From an uncultured delta proteobacterium (GTDB taxonomy: Bacteria; Myxococcota; Kuafuiibacteriia; Kuafuiibacteriales; Kuafuiibacteriaceae): a DNA stretch of 64,000 nucleotides. The DNA is taken from positions 352,001-416,000 of the forward strand of contig CAWDML010000007.1 of the NCBI GenBank assembly GCA_963803435.1. Direction: 5' to 3'. Shown piece by piece: positions 8,097-17,547 of this stretch. Both the position numbers and the translations under genes were made by a program. Under the pieces are notes generated by a model that was given only the letters and a program-made list of their open reading frames with translations, did no database searches and was not told where the DNA came from. Numbering within the stretch: position 1 is the first letter of the stretch; the number at the start of each line of letters is the position of its first letter.

Positions 8097-10394
8097 TTGC
8101 TTGCGAAATCGTCTTCGATCGGCCGCGGATCCCTGACCCAGACCGAAGCCTCGGGCGCGATCGAGGCTCGGGTGTTCGAGGCGCGATCGACCGCGAGCTC
8201 CAAAGCCCGCGACCCGCGGGCGCTCCGCGATCCCTGGGCCGAGCGCCTGGGTGCGCGACCGGAACGGCCGGTTCAGAAGAAGGGCGCGGTCCAACCGCTC
8301 GCCGTCGAGGCGGCGGAGGTCGATCGGCTGCGCGCCGGCGCCCTCGCCAACAAGGACGCGAAGCAGCTCCAGATCTCCGCGCTCTCCGACGCAGTGAGGC
8401 TCTTCGACCTCCCCTTCGAGCGGACGTTCCGCACCGCCGCCCGCGTGAAGCTGACCTCGATGAACCGTCTGCTCGATCGGATCATGAACGCGCCGACGCC
8501 GCACCTCGAGCCGGCCGTAGAGCACTCGAAGCGCTCCGCAGCAGTCGAGACCCTGGTGCGCCTCCACGTGAGCGGGCAGGCGCCCCTCGATCGCGCGCTC
8601 CTGATGGCCTGCATCGAGGAGCTCGGGAACTACGGCGACGATCATGCGAAGGACGCGCTCGCGGCGCTGAAGCGGTCCGTCGGAGACCGGCCGGTCAAGA
8701 TCCAGCGGGCCTGCGACGAGGCGATCGCCCGCATCGATCGCGCACAGAGCTTCAGCGTCGCGGAGATCTCGCTCGAGGGACCGCAGACTCCGGTCGGCGG
8801 CATCGCAAGCTACCTCACCGGGCTCGTCCCGCTGCTCCCGGAGTTCGGCCACCCGGTGGACTGGATTCATCCGCTCCCTGCCGGCGTCGACGTCAGCACC
8901 GACAAGGGCTGGGAGTACGTCCCGGGCAGCGAGGACGCGGTCCGCATCAACGGAAAGACCGTCACCTTCTGCCTCTACCGCTGCAGCGAGCCGGCCCCCG
9001 GAGTGGCGTTCGCGGACGACACGTATTTTGGTAACCGGCACGGCCTCTACGGCGACGATCGGACCGGCGAAGACTTCCCCGACGACAAGGAGCGGGCGTT
9101 CGCCGGCGCGGTCCTTGCGCTCGCCACCATGCGAAAGCTCGCCGCGATCCGAAAGCTCGGCGGCGGCGAGCTCACGGCGGAGCAGGTGAAGGAGGCCGAG
9201 CGCTCGTTGCACGCGTCCGACCTCCCAGACGTCCTCCATCACAACGACTCGCACTTCGGCGCGGCGCTCCCCCTGGCCGAGGCGCAGACGGAGCTGCGAA
9301 ACTCAGCGCACGTCAACACGCTCCACAACTCCGGCGGAGTCTATGATCAATGGATGCCGCTCGACCTCCTGCTGGAGGCGCTCCAGCAGGCCGGCGGCCG
9401 GCTCCTGCACACGCCGGTGCATCCGGGCCTGCAGGCGGGCGAGCGGTACATCAATCAGCGTGAGATGATGCAGGCGGCGACGCTGCTGATACCGGTGAGC
9501 GAAGGTTGGACGGAGGAGCTGCTGGCCGATCCGTCGAACGCCGTCCTCCGGCGCGCGAAGTCGGAGGGACGCGTCCGGCCGACTCACAACGCGATCGATC
9601 TCGCGCGATGGGATCCCTCCACTCCGCACGGGAGCCAGCCCGCCACCTACGACGCGAACGACTTCTCCGGCAAGACAGCCTGCAAGACGGCGAAGCAGGC
9701 GGCGAGCGAGCTCCCGATCGATCCCTCCGCGCCGCACTTCACGGCGGTCGGTCGGATCAGCGTGCAGAAGGGCTTCCACAAGCTGCTGGCGCCGCTGACC
9801 AGCGATCCCTCGACCACTCCGCTCGACGCGGTGATGGGGGCCTTCCCGAACCTGAGCATGACGCTGGGCGGACCGGCGGCCGAGCAGGACATCGCTCACG
9901 ATCTCGAGAAGTTTGCTGCGCGCTGGAAGGGACGAGTCAAGGTCACGCTCGGTCGGATGGACGCGCGCTCGGAGTTCGCCGCAGCCGACATCGCGCTGAT
10001 GCCGTCGACGCACGAGCCGGGAGGCCTCACGAACATCGAGGCCCAAGCGCTCGGGACGCGCGTGGTCTTCGCCGAGGTCGGCGGGCTGCCGTACGCCTCG
10101 TCCGACGTCGGCATCCCCTGCAACCCCTACGATCCCGAGAGCGTCAAGCGCGCGCTCTTCGACGCAGCCGCCTGGGCTTCGCTCCCCGCAGCGGAGAAAG
10201 CGGACGTTCAGCGCGCCAACATGAAGAGAGCGCAGCAGTTCGACTCTCGCAAGTGGACGCGCAACATCATTGCTCTGATGCGCGAGGGGTTGAACCTCCG
10301 GCGTCGCGATGGTCAGGCGGCGGAGGCCCCGGCCGCGCACCGCGCCCACCGAGCCCGCGCCGGCGCCGGAAGGTCGGTTCGGGCCGCGTCCTGA
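8097..10394 (+). CDS. glycogen/starch synthase-like GT-B glycosyltransferase (GT5-like) with a long N-terminal extension
   Basis: VGGIA, HHNDSH, TLHN, RISVQKG and LMPSTHEPGGLTNIEA (compare GlgA PSRFEPCGL); start uncertain. Confidence 0.75.
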   Translation: MLAKSSSIGRGSLTQTEASGAIEARVFEARSTASSKARDPRALRDPWAERLGARPERPVQKKGAVQPLAVEAAEVDRLRAGALANKDAKQLQISALSDAVRLFDLPFERTFRTAARVKLTSMNRLLDRIMNAPTPHLEPAVEHSKRSAAVETLVRLHVSGQAPLDRALLMACIEELGNYGDDHAKDALAALKRSVGDRPVKIQRACDEAIARIDRAQSFSVAEISLEGPQTPVGGIASYLTGLVPLLPEFGHPVDWIHPLPAGVDVSTDKGWEYVPGSEDAVRINGKTVTFCLYRCSEPAPGVAFADDTYFGNRHGLYGDDRTGEDFPDDKERAFAGAVLALATMRKLAAIRKLGGGELTAEQVKEAERSLHASDLPDVLHHNDSHFGAALPLAEAQTELRNSAHVNTLHNSGGVYDQWMPLDLLLEALQQAGGRLLHTPVHPGLQAGERYINQREMMQAATLLIPVSEGWTEELLADPSNAVLRRAKSEGRVRPTHNAIDLARWDPSTPHGSQPATYDANDFSGKTACKTAKQAASELPIDPSAPHFTAVGRISVQKGFHKLLAPLTSDPSTTPLDAVMGAFPNLSMTLGGPAAEQDIAHDLEKFAARWKGRVKVTLGRMDARSEFAAADIALMPSTHEPGGLTNIEAQALGTRVVFAEVGGLPYASSDVGIPCNPYDPESVKRALFDAAAWASLPAAEKADVQRANMKRAQQFDSRKWTRNIIALMREGLNLRRRDGQAAEAPAAHRAHRARAGAGRSVRAAS

Positions 10395-10493
10395 GGTGTG
10401 CCGGCGTCGAGGTCGTCCTCGATCGATCGGGCCGGGAGCGGAGAGTCGCAAGGTGGCTCGACGCTCGGCTCGAGCATGTCGCAAGTGCGTCAA

Positions 10494-11717
10494 TCAAAAC
10501 GCGGTCAGCGCGGGTGACCAGTCGGGGCCGCAGATCGAGACCACCGTCCCGTTCGTCGAGGCGGCCACCGCCTGATAGCGGTCACCGAGATCCGAGAAGC
10601 AGCCGCTCGCCGCCGTCGCGGTGCCGACGATCGCGTTGAAGGTCACCGAGCGCGGCGGCGATACGATGCCGGCGAGGAAGCTCTCATAGAATGTGATCTG
10701 AGCCGGAGACTGATCCTCCTCGTCCGACAGCGCGATCACCACCAGCGAAGCGTCCGCCCGCGGGAAACCGGGGTTGCCGGTGAGCGCGAGGTGCATCCCC
10801 TCCAGCCCCTGCTCGATGCCGTCTCCATTCACGCCGACGTCGACGTTCGCGGCGAAGGCCTGCTCCGGGTTCGGCGTCGAGCCGTCGATGATCGGCGGGT
10901 TCCCTACGAAAGAGCCCTGCTCGCCGGTGGAGCTCACGTCGGTGGTCGTCACCGCGATCCGATAGTCGTACCCCTGCGCCGCCAGATGCGCGAAGAACAC
11001 GCTGGCTTGCCCACCGAGCGACGATTGCTCGTCCGCCATGGAGCAGGAGCTGTCGACCACGAACAGGATGTCGACCGCGTTCATCCCGACCGGCGGCTCG
11101 CACGTCTGCCCGCAGACGGTCTCCACCTCCCTCACGCAGACCCGATCCCACTGACCGGTGCAACAGTACGGATCCGCATCGCAGACGGACTGCGCGCAGG
11201 GATCACAGGCCGGGTCGAGGATGTCGCCCGGATCGCAAAGGGCGTGGGCGCAGGGCGGCGGCGGTGGCGGCATCATGCAGCTGAGCCCGCAGACGGTGGC
11301 GACCTCGGCCACGCAGATCGAGTCCCAACCGTTGTTGCAACAGAAGGGATCCGCCGCGCAGATGTCCCCCACGCAGGGGTCGCAGGTCGTCATCAACGGA
11401 CCACCGCTCTGGCAGCGATCGTGATCGCACGTTCCCCCCTGGCAACTCAGGTTGCAGCTCTGCTGGGCCTCATCGACGCAGATCCCGTCCCACTGCACCT
11501 GGCAGCAGTAGCTGTCGAAGGCGCAGACGTCGGCCGCACAGGCGCTGCAGGAGCTCAGCAGCGGATTGCCGGCGGCGCATTCGTCGTGGTCGCAGGAGGG
11601 CGTCCCGGAGCCGAGCGGCCGCCCGTCCCTGCCCAGATGAGGGCTCGGCTCCCTGGTGTCAGGGGCACAGGAGAAGGCGAAGAGCAGCGGGAGCGCGAAG
11701 AGGTTCGTCTTGGTCAC
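10494..11717 (-). CDS. lipoprotein with three Cys-rich repeats and a C-terminal VWA domain
   Basis: Lipobox AFSC; three ~50-aa CxHxxC...DxxCC...WDxxCV repeats; MIDAS motif VDILFVVDSSCSM. Confidence 0.82.
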   Translation of the reverse strand: MTKTNLFALPLLFAFSCAPDTREPSPHLGRDGRPLGSGTPSCDHDECAAGNPLLSSCSACAADVCAFDSYCCQVQWDGICVDEAQQSCNLSCQGGTCDHDRCQSGGPLMTTCDPCVGDICAADPFCCNNGWDSICVAEVATVCGLSCMMPPPPPPCAHALCDPGDILDPACDPCAQSVCDADPYCCTGQWDRVCVREVETVCGQTCEPPVGMNAVDILFVVDSSCSMADEQSSLGGQASVFFAHLAAQGYDYRIAVTTTDVSSTGEQGSFVGNPPIIDGSTPNPEQAFAANVDVGVNGDGIEQGLEGMHLALTGNPGFPRADASLVVIALSDEEDQSPAQITFYESFLAGIVSPPRSVTFNAIVGTATAASGCFSDLGDRYQAVAASTNGTVVSICGPDWSPALTAF

Positions 11718-11776
11718 GGCGCATGGGTTGCCGCGGAGGGCGCGATCGATCAAACGGCGGAGCGGCCGGCGTCAGC

Positions 11777-12127
11777 TCACGGTTCGTCTTCCACGAACGC
11801 GCGGAGCCGCTCGATCGCGTCGTCCCATTGCTGGGAGACCTGATCCAGGTACCTGCGCGCGTCGGCGAGCCGCTTGGCCTCCAGCTCCCATACACGCTCG
11901 CGACCGTGCCTCTCGCTGCGCACCAGACCTGCGCGCGCGAGGGCATTCAGGTGCTTGGTGATGGCCTGGCGGGACATGTTGGTGCCATCGGTGAGGCGGA
12001 CGATCGACTGCGGACCTCGAGCGCACAGCCGATGGACGATGTTCAGCCGGGTCTCGTCTCCGAGCGCGGCGAACACCGGCGCAGCGCCGGCGGGCGAGGT
12101 GACCGCAGACGCGCCCGTTCTAGACAT
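11777..12127 (-). CDS. ArsR/SmtB family transcriptional regulator
   Basis: FAALGDETRL, SRQAITKHL, GRER. Confidence 0.92.
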   Translation of the reverse strand: MSRTGASAVTSPAGAAPVFAALGDETRLNIVHRLCARGPQSIVRLTDGTNMSRQAITKHLNALARAGLVRSERHGRERVWELEAKRLADARRYLDQVSQQWDDAIERLRAFVEDEP

Positions 12128-12620
12128 GGCTCGGATCCGTCAGATACTTCTCGATCAGCTTCAGCTGGGCGTTCCAGCCCTGCTCGTTGCCGTTGAAGGC
12201 CTTGACGCGGCGCTCGAGCGGGATGCGATTGAACCCGGACTCGGTGATGGTGAGGTTCGTGCCGCCCTCCGCCTCCTCCAGCTCGAAGACGACCCGCGTG
12301 CTCGGCTCACTCGAGAGGTCGAGGCTCGGATTGCCGGAGAACGGGTGCCAGAAGAAGGAGAAGAGGCGGAGCGGCTCGATCCGGTCGATGGTGCACTCGA
12401 AGGGAGCGCCGCGGTAGGGCTCCTGCATGCGCGCCACCTCGGCGTCGACTTGGGTCGGGACGATGCGGCCGGTCAGCCGGGCTCCGGCGACGAAGGGCCC
12501 GTCGAAGTCCACACCGAACCACGTGCCGAACGCCTTGGCGTCGCTGATGGCGTGCCAGACACGCGCAAGCGGCGCGCGCAGGAAAGTCTTCTTCTCGATA
12601 CGGTCTTTGATGTCGTTCAT
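12120..12620 (-). CDS. SRPBCC/AHSA1 (START-like) protein
   Basis: RVWHAISD, FGTWFG, LTITESGF, NEQGW; typical partner of ArsR. Confidence 0.9.
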   Translation of the reverse strand: MNDIKDRIEKKTFLRAPLARVWHAISDAKAFGTWFGVDFDGPFVAGARLTGRIVPTQVDAEVARMQEPYRGAPFECTIDRIEPLRLFSFFWHPFSGNPSLDLSSEPSTRVVFELEEAEGGTNLTITESGFNRIPLERRVKAFNGNEQGWNAQLKLIEKYLTDPSHV

Positions 12621-12622
12621 TA

Positions 12623-12684
12623 GCAACCTCCAGGTTGCCCATGCACGTAATCGAGGCGTTTTGAAAAAGCAACCTCTAGGTTGC
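12623..12684. promoter_or_regulatory. two palindromic operators GCAACC-N4-GGTTGC, probably bound by the adjacent ArsR
   Basis: GCAACCTCCAGGTTGC at 12623-12638 and GCAACCTCTAGGTTGC at 12669-12684, directly upstream of the SRPBCC-ArsR operon. Confidence 0.75.
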
Positions 12685-12805
12685 GTTTTATTCACGCGCG
12701 CTGGATCGAGACTCCAAAGCTACTGTTCCGGCAAACGTGACGGGTTGGGGGGCACGCAGGTCATAGATTGGCCTCCGGCGGCAGCGGTCGTCAGGAGGTC
12801 AAGCA

Positions 12806-13198
12806 ATGAAGGTCGATTCCCCATCCGATCTCGAGACCGCATTCGCTCGATGGAGGCGAAGCAAGCGCCACCTTCGCGAGGCGGTGCCCGAAGAGCTCTT
12901 GGAGCGGGGCCCGCAGGTCGATAGAGGTTCATGGAGCGAAGGCGGTGGTCCGTTCAACGAAGCTGGAGCGTTCGCGTCTTTTCGGGGCACGAAGGTCGAG
13001 GCTGTGGCGCGGAAGCGTCGTCGAGTGCGGTCGGAAGCGATCCCGTCGTCCTCTCGGTTCGAGCTGACAGCTCCTTCGACCTCGAGTGGTCCGCTCGTCG
13101 AGATCGAGACGCCGGCAGGCATGAAGGTCCGAATCTTCTCGGAGACGCCGGCAGCGCTGGCGCTGCTGTCATCGCTGTGCGGCGGAGGTTCGACATGA
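12806..13198 (+). CDS. IS66-like accessory protein (TnpA-like)
   Basis: FARWRRSK..VPEEL and VEIETPAGMKVRI; overlaps the next gene. Confidence 0.6.
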   Translation: MKVDSPSDLETAFARWRRSKRHLREAVPEELLERGPQVDRGSWSEGGGPFNEAGAFASFRGTKVEAVARKRRRVRSEAIPSSSRFELTAPSTSSGPLVEIETPAGMKVRIFSETPAALALLSSLCGGGST

Positions 13199-13551
13199 TC
13201 CAGATCCCTGCGCAGGCGAAGGTCGTGGTGATGCACGAGTCCATCAGCTTCAGGAACGGCATCGATGGGCTGGCGGCGATCGCGCGTCGAGTGCTCGAGA
13301 AGGAGCCGATGGACGGGACGTTCTTCGTGTTCCGCAACAAAGGGTGGCAGATGCTGCGCATCCTCTTCTATGACGGCGGCGGTTTCTGGCTGTGCACGCG
13401 GCGTCTTTCGAAGGGGACGTTCTCGGCTTGGCCGGAGGGTGACGGGACCCAGCCGGGCTCGCCGTTGCTCGCTCGTGAGCTTCAAGTCCTGATCTGGGGT
13501 GGCGATCCGTCGACCTGTTCGTTTCCGGAGCTCTGGCGGAAGGTCGCGTAG
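13195..13551 (+). CDS. tnpB: IS66 accessory protein TnpB (Orf2)
   Basis: SFRNGIDGL, FFVFRN, ILFYDGGGFWLCTRRLSKGTF. Confidence 0.9.
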   Translation: MIQIPAQAKVVVMHESISFRNGIDGLAAIARRVLEKEPMDGTFFVFRNKGWQMLRILFYDGGGFWLCTRRLSKGTFSAWPEGDGTQPGSPLLARELQVLIWGGDPSTCSFPELWRKVA

Positions 13552-13557
13552 GGGCGC

Positions 13558-14373
13558 TGTGCGTTCCGGAAACTCTGCTGCCGTTTTTCCAGAAATTCTG
13601 CTGCCGGTTGAGTTGTCCTGAACCTCCTCGACGAGGTCGTCTTCGGGCAAGTGTTTCGTTCTCACCGACGGGCCGTCGAGGCGCAACAAGCGTCCTCGTT
13701 CAAGAATCCGGTCGACGATTGCTTCGGCCAAGTCCTCATCGTGAAGCGCCACGCCCCAACGTTTCGGATGCTTGTTCGTCGTGAAGAGCATCGATCGGCG
13801 CCGAATGTGGCGGTCATTCACGACGTGATAGAGCACGTTGGCAGCGTCGTCGCTGCACGCGAGGTAGCCGACCTCATCGACTACAAGGACGTTCGGCTTT
13901 AGGTACTTGGCGATTGCGTCCTGCAGACGCCCCGAGCGACTCGCCGAGGAGAGGTGATCGATGAGCTCAGCGGCCGTGGTGAACAACGCATCGAAGCCGT
14001 TCTGCAAGGCGCGATACGCGATGGCGATCGCCAGATGGGTCTTTCCTCGACCCGGCTTGCCTTCGAGGATCACCGAGCGGCCTTCGGTGACGAAGTCGGG
14101 TGCGAGCAGAGAGCCGATCGTGGTGAGACGAAGCGCCGACTGATACGAGAAGTCGAACTCCTCGATCGTGCGTAAGAAGGGGAACGCGGCCGTGCGGGTG
14201 GCCCGCATCAGCCTCGTGCCCCGGCGGTGCGCGATCTCCTCCGCGAAGAGCGTCTCCAGGAGCTGCCCATGCGACCACTGCTCCTTCTCGGCGCGCTCAA
14301 CCAGCGCTCGCCAAACGCGACGTGCATTGGCCAGGTGAAGACGTCTGAGAAACACGTCGAGGTCGGTCGTCAT
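13558..14373 (-). CDS. istB: IS21 helper AAA+ ATPase IstB (no stop inside the IS; frame stays open to 12799)
   Basis: IEEFDFSYQ, Walker A GKPGRGKT, Walker B VVDEVGY, AIVDRI. Confidence 0.92.
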
Positions 14374-15782
14374 CGCGCACCTCGGCGCGCCGCGTTCGCT
14401 AGGATCCCGCGACGTACTCCGGCGACAGAGAGACGCCCCTCCTCGACGGCCTGGGTGATGGCGGAGCGCAGGAGGTCGTCTCCATATTGCTCGAGCAACT
14501 CGTACAGCTCCTCGACACGCCGGTGTGAAAGCTTGGGATCTTGGTGAGTGATCTCTGTGAGCAACGCGAGCGCCGCAGGACCAAGGTTGAGGATCTGTTG
14601 GCGCTTCTCGTATAGCTTGGCGCGCTTCCCATGAACCGCGGCGATCTTGGCCGCACGATGCTCAGGTAACGGCGAAGGTGGCTCGCCGGTCTTTCGTCGA
14701 CGATGCTCGCACTCGAAGCGGCCTGCGACGATGCGAACCTGGTCCTCGTACAAGAAGAGCGTCCCCGCTACGTGGGTCGCCCCAGGAGGCATCGAGTACG
14801 CGACGCCCTCGAACATGACCTCGGCCGTGGGTCCAACGAAGATGGGCATGCGCAAGGCGAGCGTTTCCGGAAACACCTTGATGGGTCGAAGACGGGCGAG
14901 CTCCTCCTGACGCCGGATTTCCGGAATCACGCCCGTCGCTCGCGAGGGTGTCTTCGTGTTGACCTCGAGATGCCAGGCATCGAGCTGCGTCCGCAGGTCC
15001 TCCATGTCTTGGAACTTGCGGTGCTTGAAGAACGAGCTTTTCACCCAACCGACGAGCCGCTCCACGGACCCCTTCTGGTTGCCGCTCCTCGGGGCGCACA
15101 TCTCGACGCCGACGCCGATGTCGACGATGGCTTGAGCAAAGGTGGCGTTGAACTCCTCGACGTCACGACCTCTGCCCGCCTTTTTGACGATGGTACGCGG
15201 TCGATCGAAGACCGCCATCAACGGCAGGCCCCCGAACGCCACGAAGTCCCGAGCGAGACAGCGAACGATCGTCTCGACACGCTCGTCCTCAACGAGGGTG
15301 ACTCGCGCAAACCGCGAATACTTCAGGCGGGAGGCGAAGAAGTGGATCCGCTGCTTGCGACCATCGACGAACTTCACGTCGACGTGACCGAAGTCGTGCT
15401 GCGAGAACTCGCCCGGCAGGCCTTCGAAGCGCACGACCGGAGTCGCCTTCGGGGGCCTGAGACCCGCGACCAAAGCGTAGAACGCAGTCTTGCTTCCGCC
15501 ATATCCCGAGTCCTTCCCCCGCCGGAGAAGCTCCTGCGTGGGCAGCCTCGGATCCTCCACGAGCCAAGCCCTCACCTTGTCCGCGAACGGCGCCGCCTTC
15601 GAGGGTCGGCCGATCTTCCGCTCCGCTCGCAAGGCGCGGTCATCCGTCTGCTCGACATCGGCCTCGCGTCGAACCCGTCTCACCGTGTCGATTGAAGTGC
15701 CGCTGCGCTCGGCGACGTCTCGGGTCGAGAAGCCCGCCTTGAGAAGCACCTGGATCTCGTGGCGTTTGAGGAGCGGGATCAT
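14370..15782 (-). CDS. istA: IS21 transposase IstA
   Basis: RFEGLPGEFSQHDFG, VFDRP, KGSVERLV (DDE). Confidence 0.93.
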   Translation of the reverse strand: MIPLLKRHEIQVLLKAGFSTRDVAERSGTSIDTVRRVRREADVEQTDDRALRAERKIGRPSKAAPFADKVRAWLVEDPRLPTQELLRRGKDSGYGGSKTAFYALVAGLRPPKATPVVRFEGLPGEFSQHDFGHVDVKFVDGRKQRIHFFASRLKYSRFARVTLVEDERVETIVRCLARDFVAFGGLPLMAVFDRPRTIVKKAGRGRDVEEFNATFAQAIVDIGVGVEMCAPRSGNQKGSVERLVGWVKSSFFKHRKFQDMEDLRTQLDAWHLEVNTKTPSRATGVIPEIRRQEELARLRPIKVFPETLALRMPIFVGPTAEVMFEGVAYSMPPGATHVAGTLFLYEDQVRIVAGRFECEHRRRKTGEPPSPLPEHRAAKIAAVHGKRAKLYEKRQQILNLGPAALALLTEITHQDPKLSHRRVEELYELLEQYGDDLLRSAITQAVEEGRLSVAGVRRGILANAARRGAR

Positions 15783-16539
15783 GTCCCCGTTCCCGTATCC
15801 GCTCGAACCCCGAATCGGCATCAGCGCTCCCATGATGGCCAAGATCAACGCGTGAATCATCCTGCTCGCTCCTTTCGCTTCGAAGCAGCAGAATTTCCGG
15901 AACGGGAGGCAGCAGAATTTCCGGAACCATCAGGCGCTGGTCACGACATCACCGAGTTCGGCGGGAGATGGCGGGTCAGCGGTCCCCTCGTTGGCTCTCG
16001 ATCGAAACTGATCCGGATCGCACGGGACGAACGATCGATCTGATTCCCCTACACCTGTCGCGCCGCGGCCCCACGGCCTTGCGGCACGAGCTCACACGGA
16101 GCACGCAGATCCAGCGGTTGGATGGCGAAAACCGGCCTCGCCCACACTTGCCGGAACAGTAGGTTCATGTTGGACGAGACAGCGAACGAGAACTGGTACT
16201 CACGACGAGCGCACGCCGTCACCCGGCCACTCCGCTCCTTGGGTTTCCGGACCACCGCGAGCGCGGCCGCCGGCTCGCCGAGGCGGCGGGCATGCCGGCC
16301 CACCGGCGCAGCCATCAGGTCGACGCCAGCCGGCGCATCCGCCACGGGTTGATCACGCTCGACTCCTCCGACTGGCGGCGCCCCGTCATCCGCCCCGGCC
16401 GCGTCTCTTCGAGCCCGCTGTCGCCGCCGAACCCGGTCCATCCGGCCCCTCGCACCTGGTCGACGACCTGACGCTGCCCCCGCACCGCGTGCTCGAGCCC
16501 GAGCCCGAAGAGCAGCTGCAGACGCTGGCGTGTTGAGAC

Positions 16540-17412
16540 CTACGCCCAGAAGGGCGCGCCGGCCGAACCGCTGAACCGCGCCTCGTGGAGCGGGCGGAGC
16601 TGGCGCTCGAGCACGCTGCGATGCGCGCGCTCGGGGACGACGGTGACGCCGCCGAGCGAGGCGCCGAGGAGGGCGCGGCGGCAGGTCTCCTCCTCGCGGA
16701 GGGTGAGCGCCCGGTCGCCGTCCCAGCCGGTGGCGCGCGCGCGGAGGGCGGCGGCCAGCACCGATGCGACGCGAAGCTCGACGTAGTGCGCCTGGCCGGG
16801 CGTCTTGATCCACAGTGGATAGTCGGCGCCGGTCAGTCGCATGCGCGCGCCGCGGAGCTTGGTCTTGGCGCGGAGTCGGACCGCCAGCAGGCGGTACGGA
16901 TCGTCCTCGGCTTCGCTCGCCGACAGGGGCGGGCGGTCGGCGAGGCGACCGTCGAGGCGCTCGAGGAAGAGGCGGGGCGCGAGGCGCGTCCAGAACTCGG
17001 CCTCCTCGAGCGCGCTCAGATCGTCGGTCACGCGCACCCGGATCATCGGGTCGGCTCGGTAGGCCGCGAAGGCGGGGTCGGTGAGGATGAGGCCGTCGAG
17101 CGCGCGCAAGGCGGCCAGCTTGTGGTTGCCATCCTGCGCCACCGCGAAACGGCCCGCGGGTCCCAGGACGGCGTGGATGGCGTCGTCGGCGAGCAGCTCG
17201 AAGAAGCGGACCGGCACGTCGAGCGGCCAGGCCTCGAGCCGCGCGATCATCGCGTCGAGCTTGGCGCGCACGTGGTGAAAGGACAGGCGGGTCTGGCCAA
17301 TCCGGACGGCCGAAGCCGGCGCCCGGAGCGAGCCGGAGACCGCCTCGAGGCGCCCGGGGTCGCAGCGGTGATGGTCGCTGGCACGGATGAGGCGTCGGAG
17401 GTCGTCAGACAT
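16540..17412 (-). CDS. ParB/Srx-like (ParBc_2-type) protein
   Basis: AVLGPAGR..QDGNHKL, DLSAL..EFW, DDPYR; start uncertain. Confidence 0.65.
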   Translation of the reverse strand: MSDDLRRLIRASDHHRCDPGRLEAVSGSLRAPASAVRIGQTRLSFHHVRAKLDAMIARLEAWPLDVPVRFFELLADDAIHAVLGPAGRFAVAQDGNHKLAALRALDGLILTDPAFAAYRADPMIRVRVTDDLSALEEAEFWTRLAPRLFLERLDGRLADRPPLSASEAEDDPYRLLAVRLRAKTKLRGARMRLTGADYPLWIKTPGQAHYVELRVASVLAAALRARATGWDGDRALTLREEETCRRALLGASLGGVTVVPERAHRSVLERQLRPLHEARFSGSAGAPFWA

Positions 17413-17547
17413 CGTGTCGGCGGCATCATGCGGCAACGCAGGCTAGCCTGCATTCACCGCTGGAGCGCTTTCGCGAGATTTCACGCCAGCGTCACCGAGG
17501 GGTCGCTGGGCTGATCCCGGCCTCCTGCACTGTCCCCTGGCCTACCC

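Larger units (their letters stand above)
13558..15932 (-). mobile_element. complete IS21-family element
   Basis: TG...CA ends; tandem GCAGCAGAATTTC(C/T)GGAA-type repeats at both ends; 5-bp TSD GGCGC at 13553-13557 and 15933-15937. Confidence 0.93.
12720..16162 (+). mobile_element. defective IS66-like element (two accessory genes, no transposase) interrupted by IS21
   Basis: 15-bp perfect inverted termini CTACTGTTCCGGCAA (12720) and TTGCCGGAACAGTAG (ending 16162); no TSD seen. Confidence 0.65.

Noticed and set aside
13195-13551. TnpB as an RNA-guided nuclease
   Set aside because: This gene and 51265-51648 are the short IS66 accessory TnpB, unrelated to IS200/IS605 TnpB; no RuvC motifs
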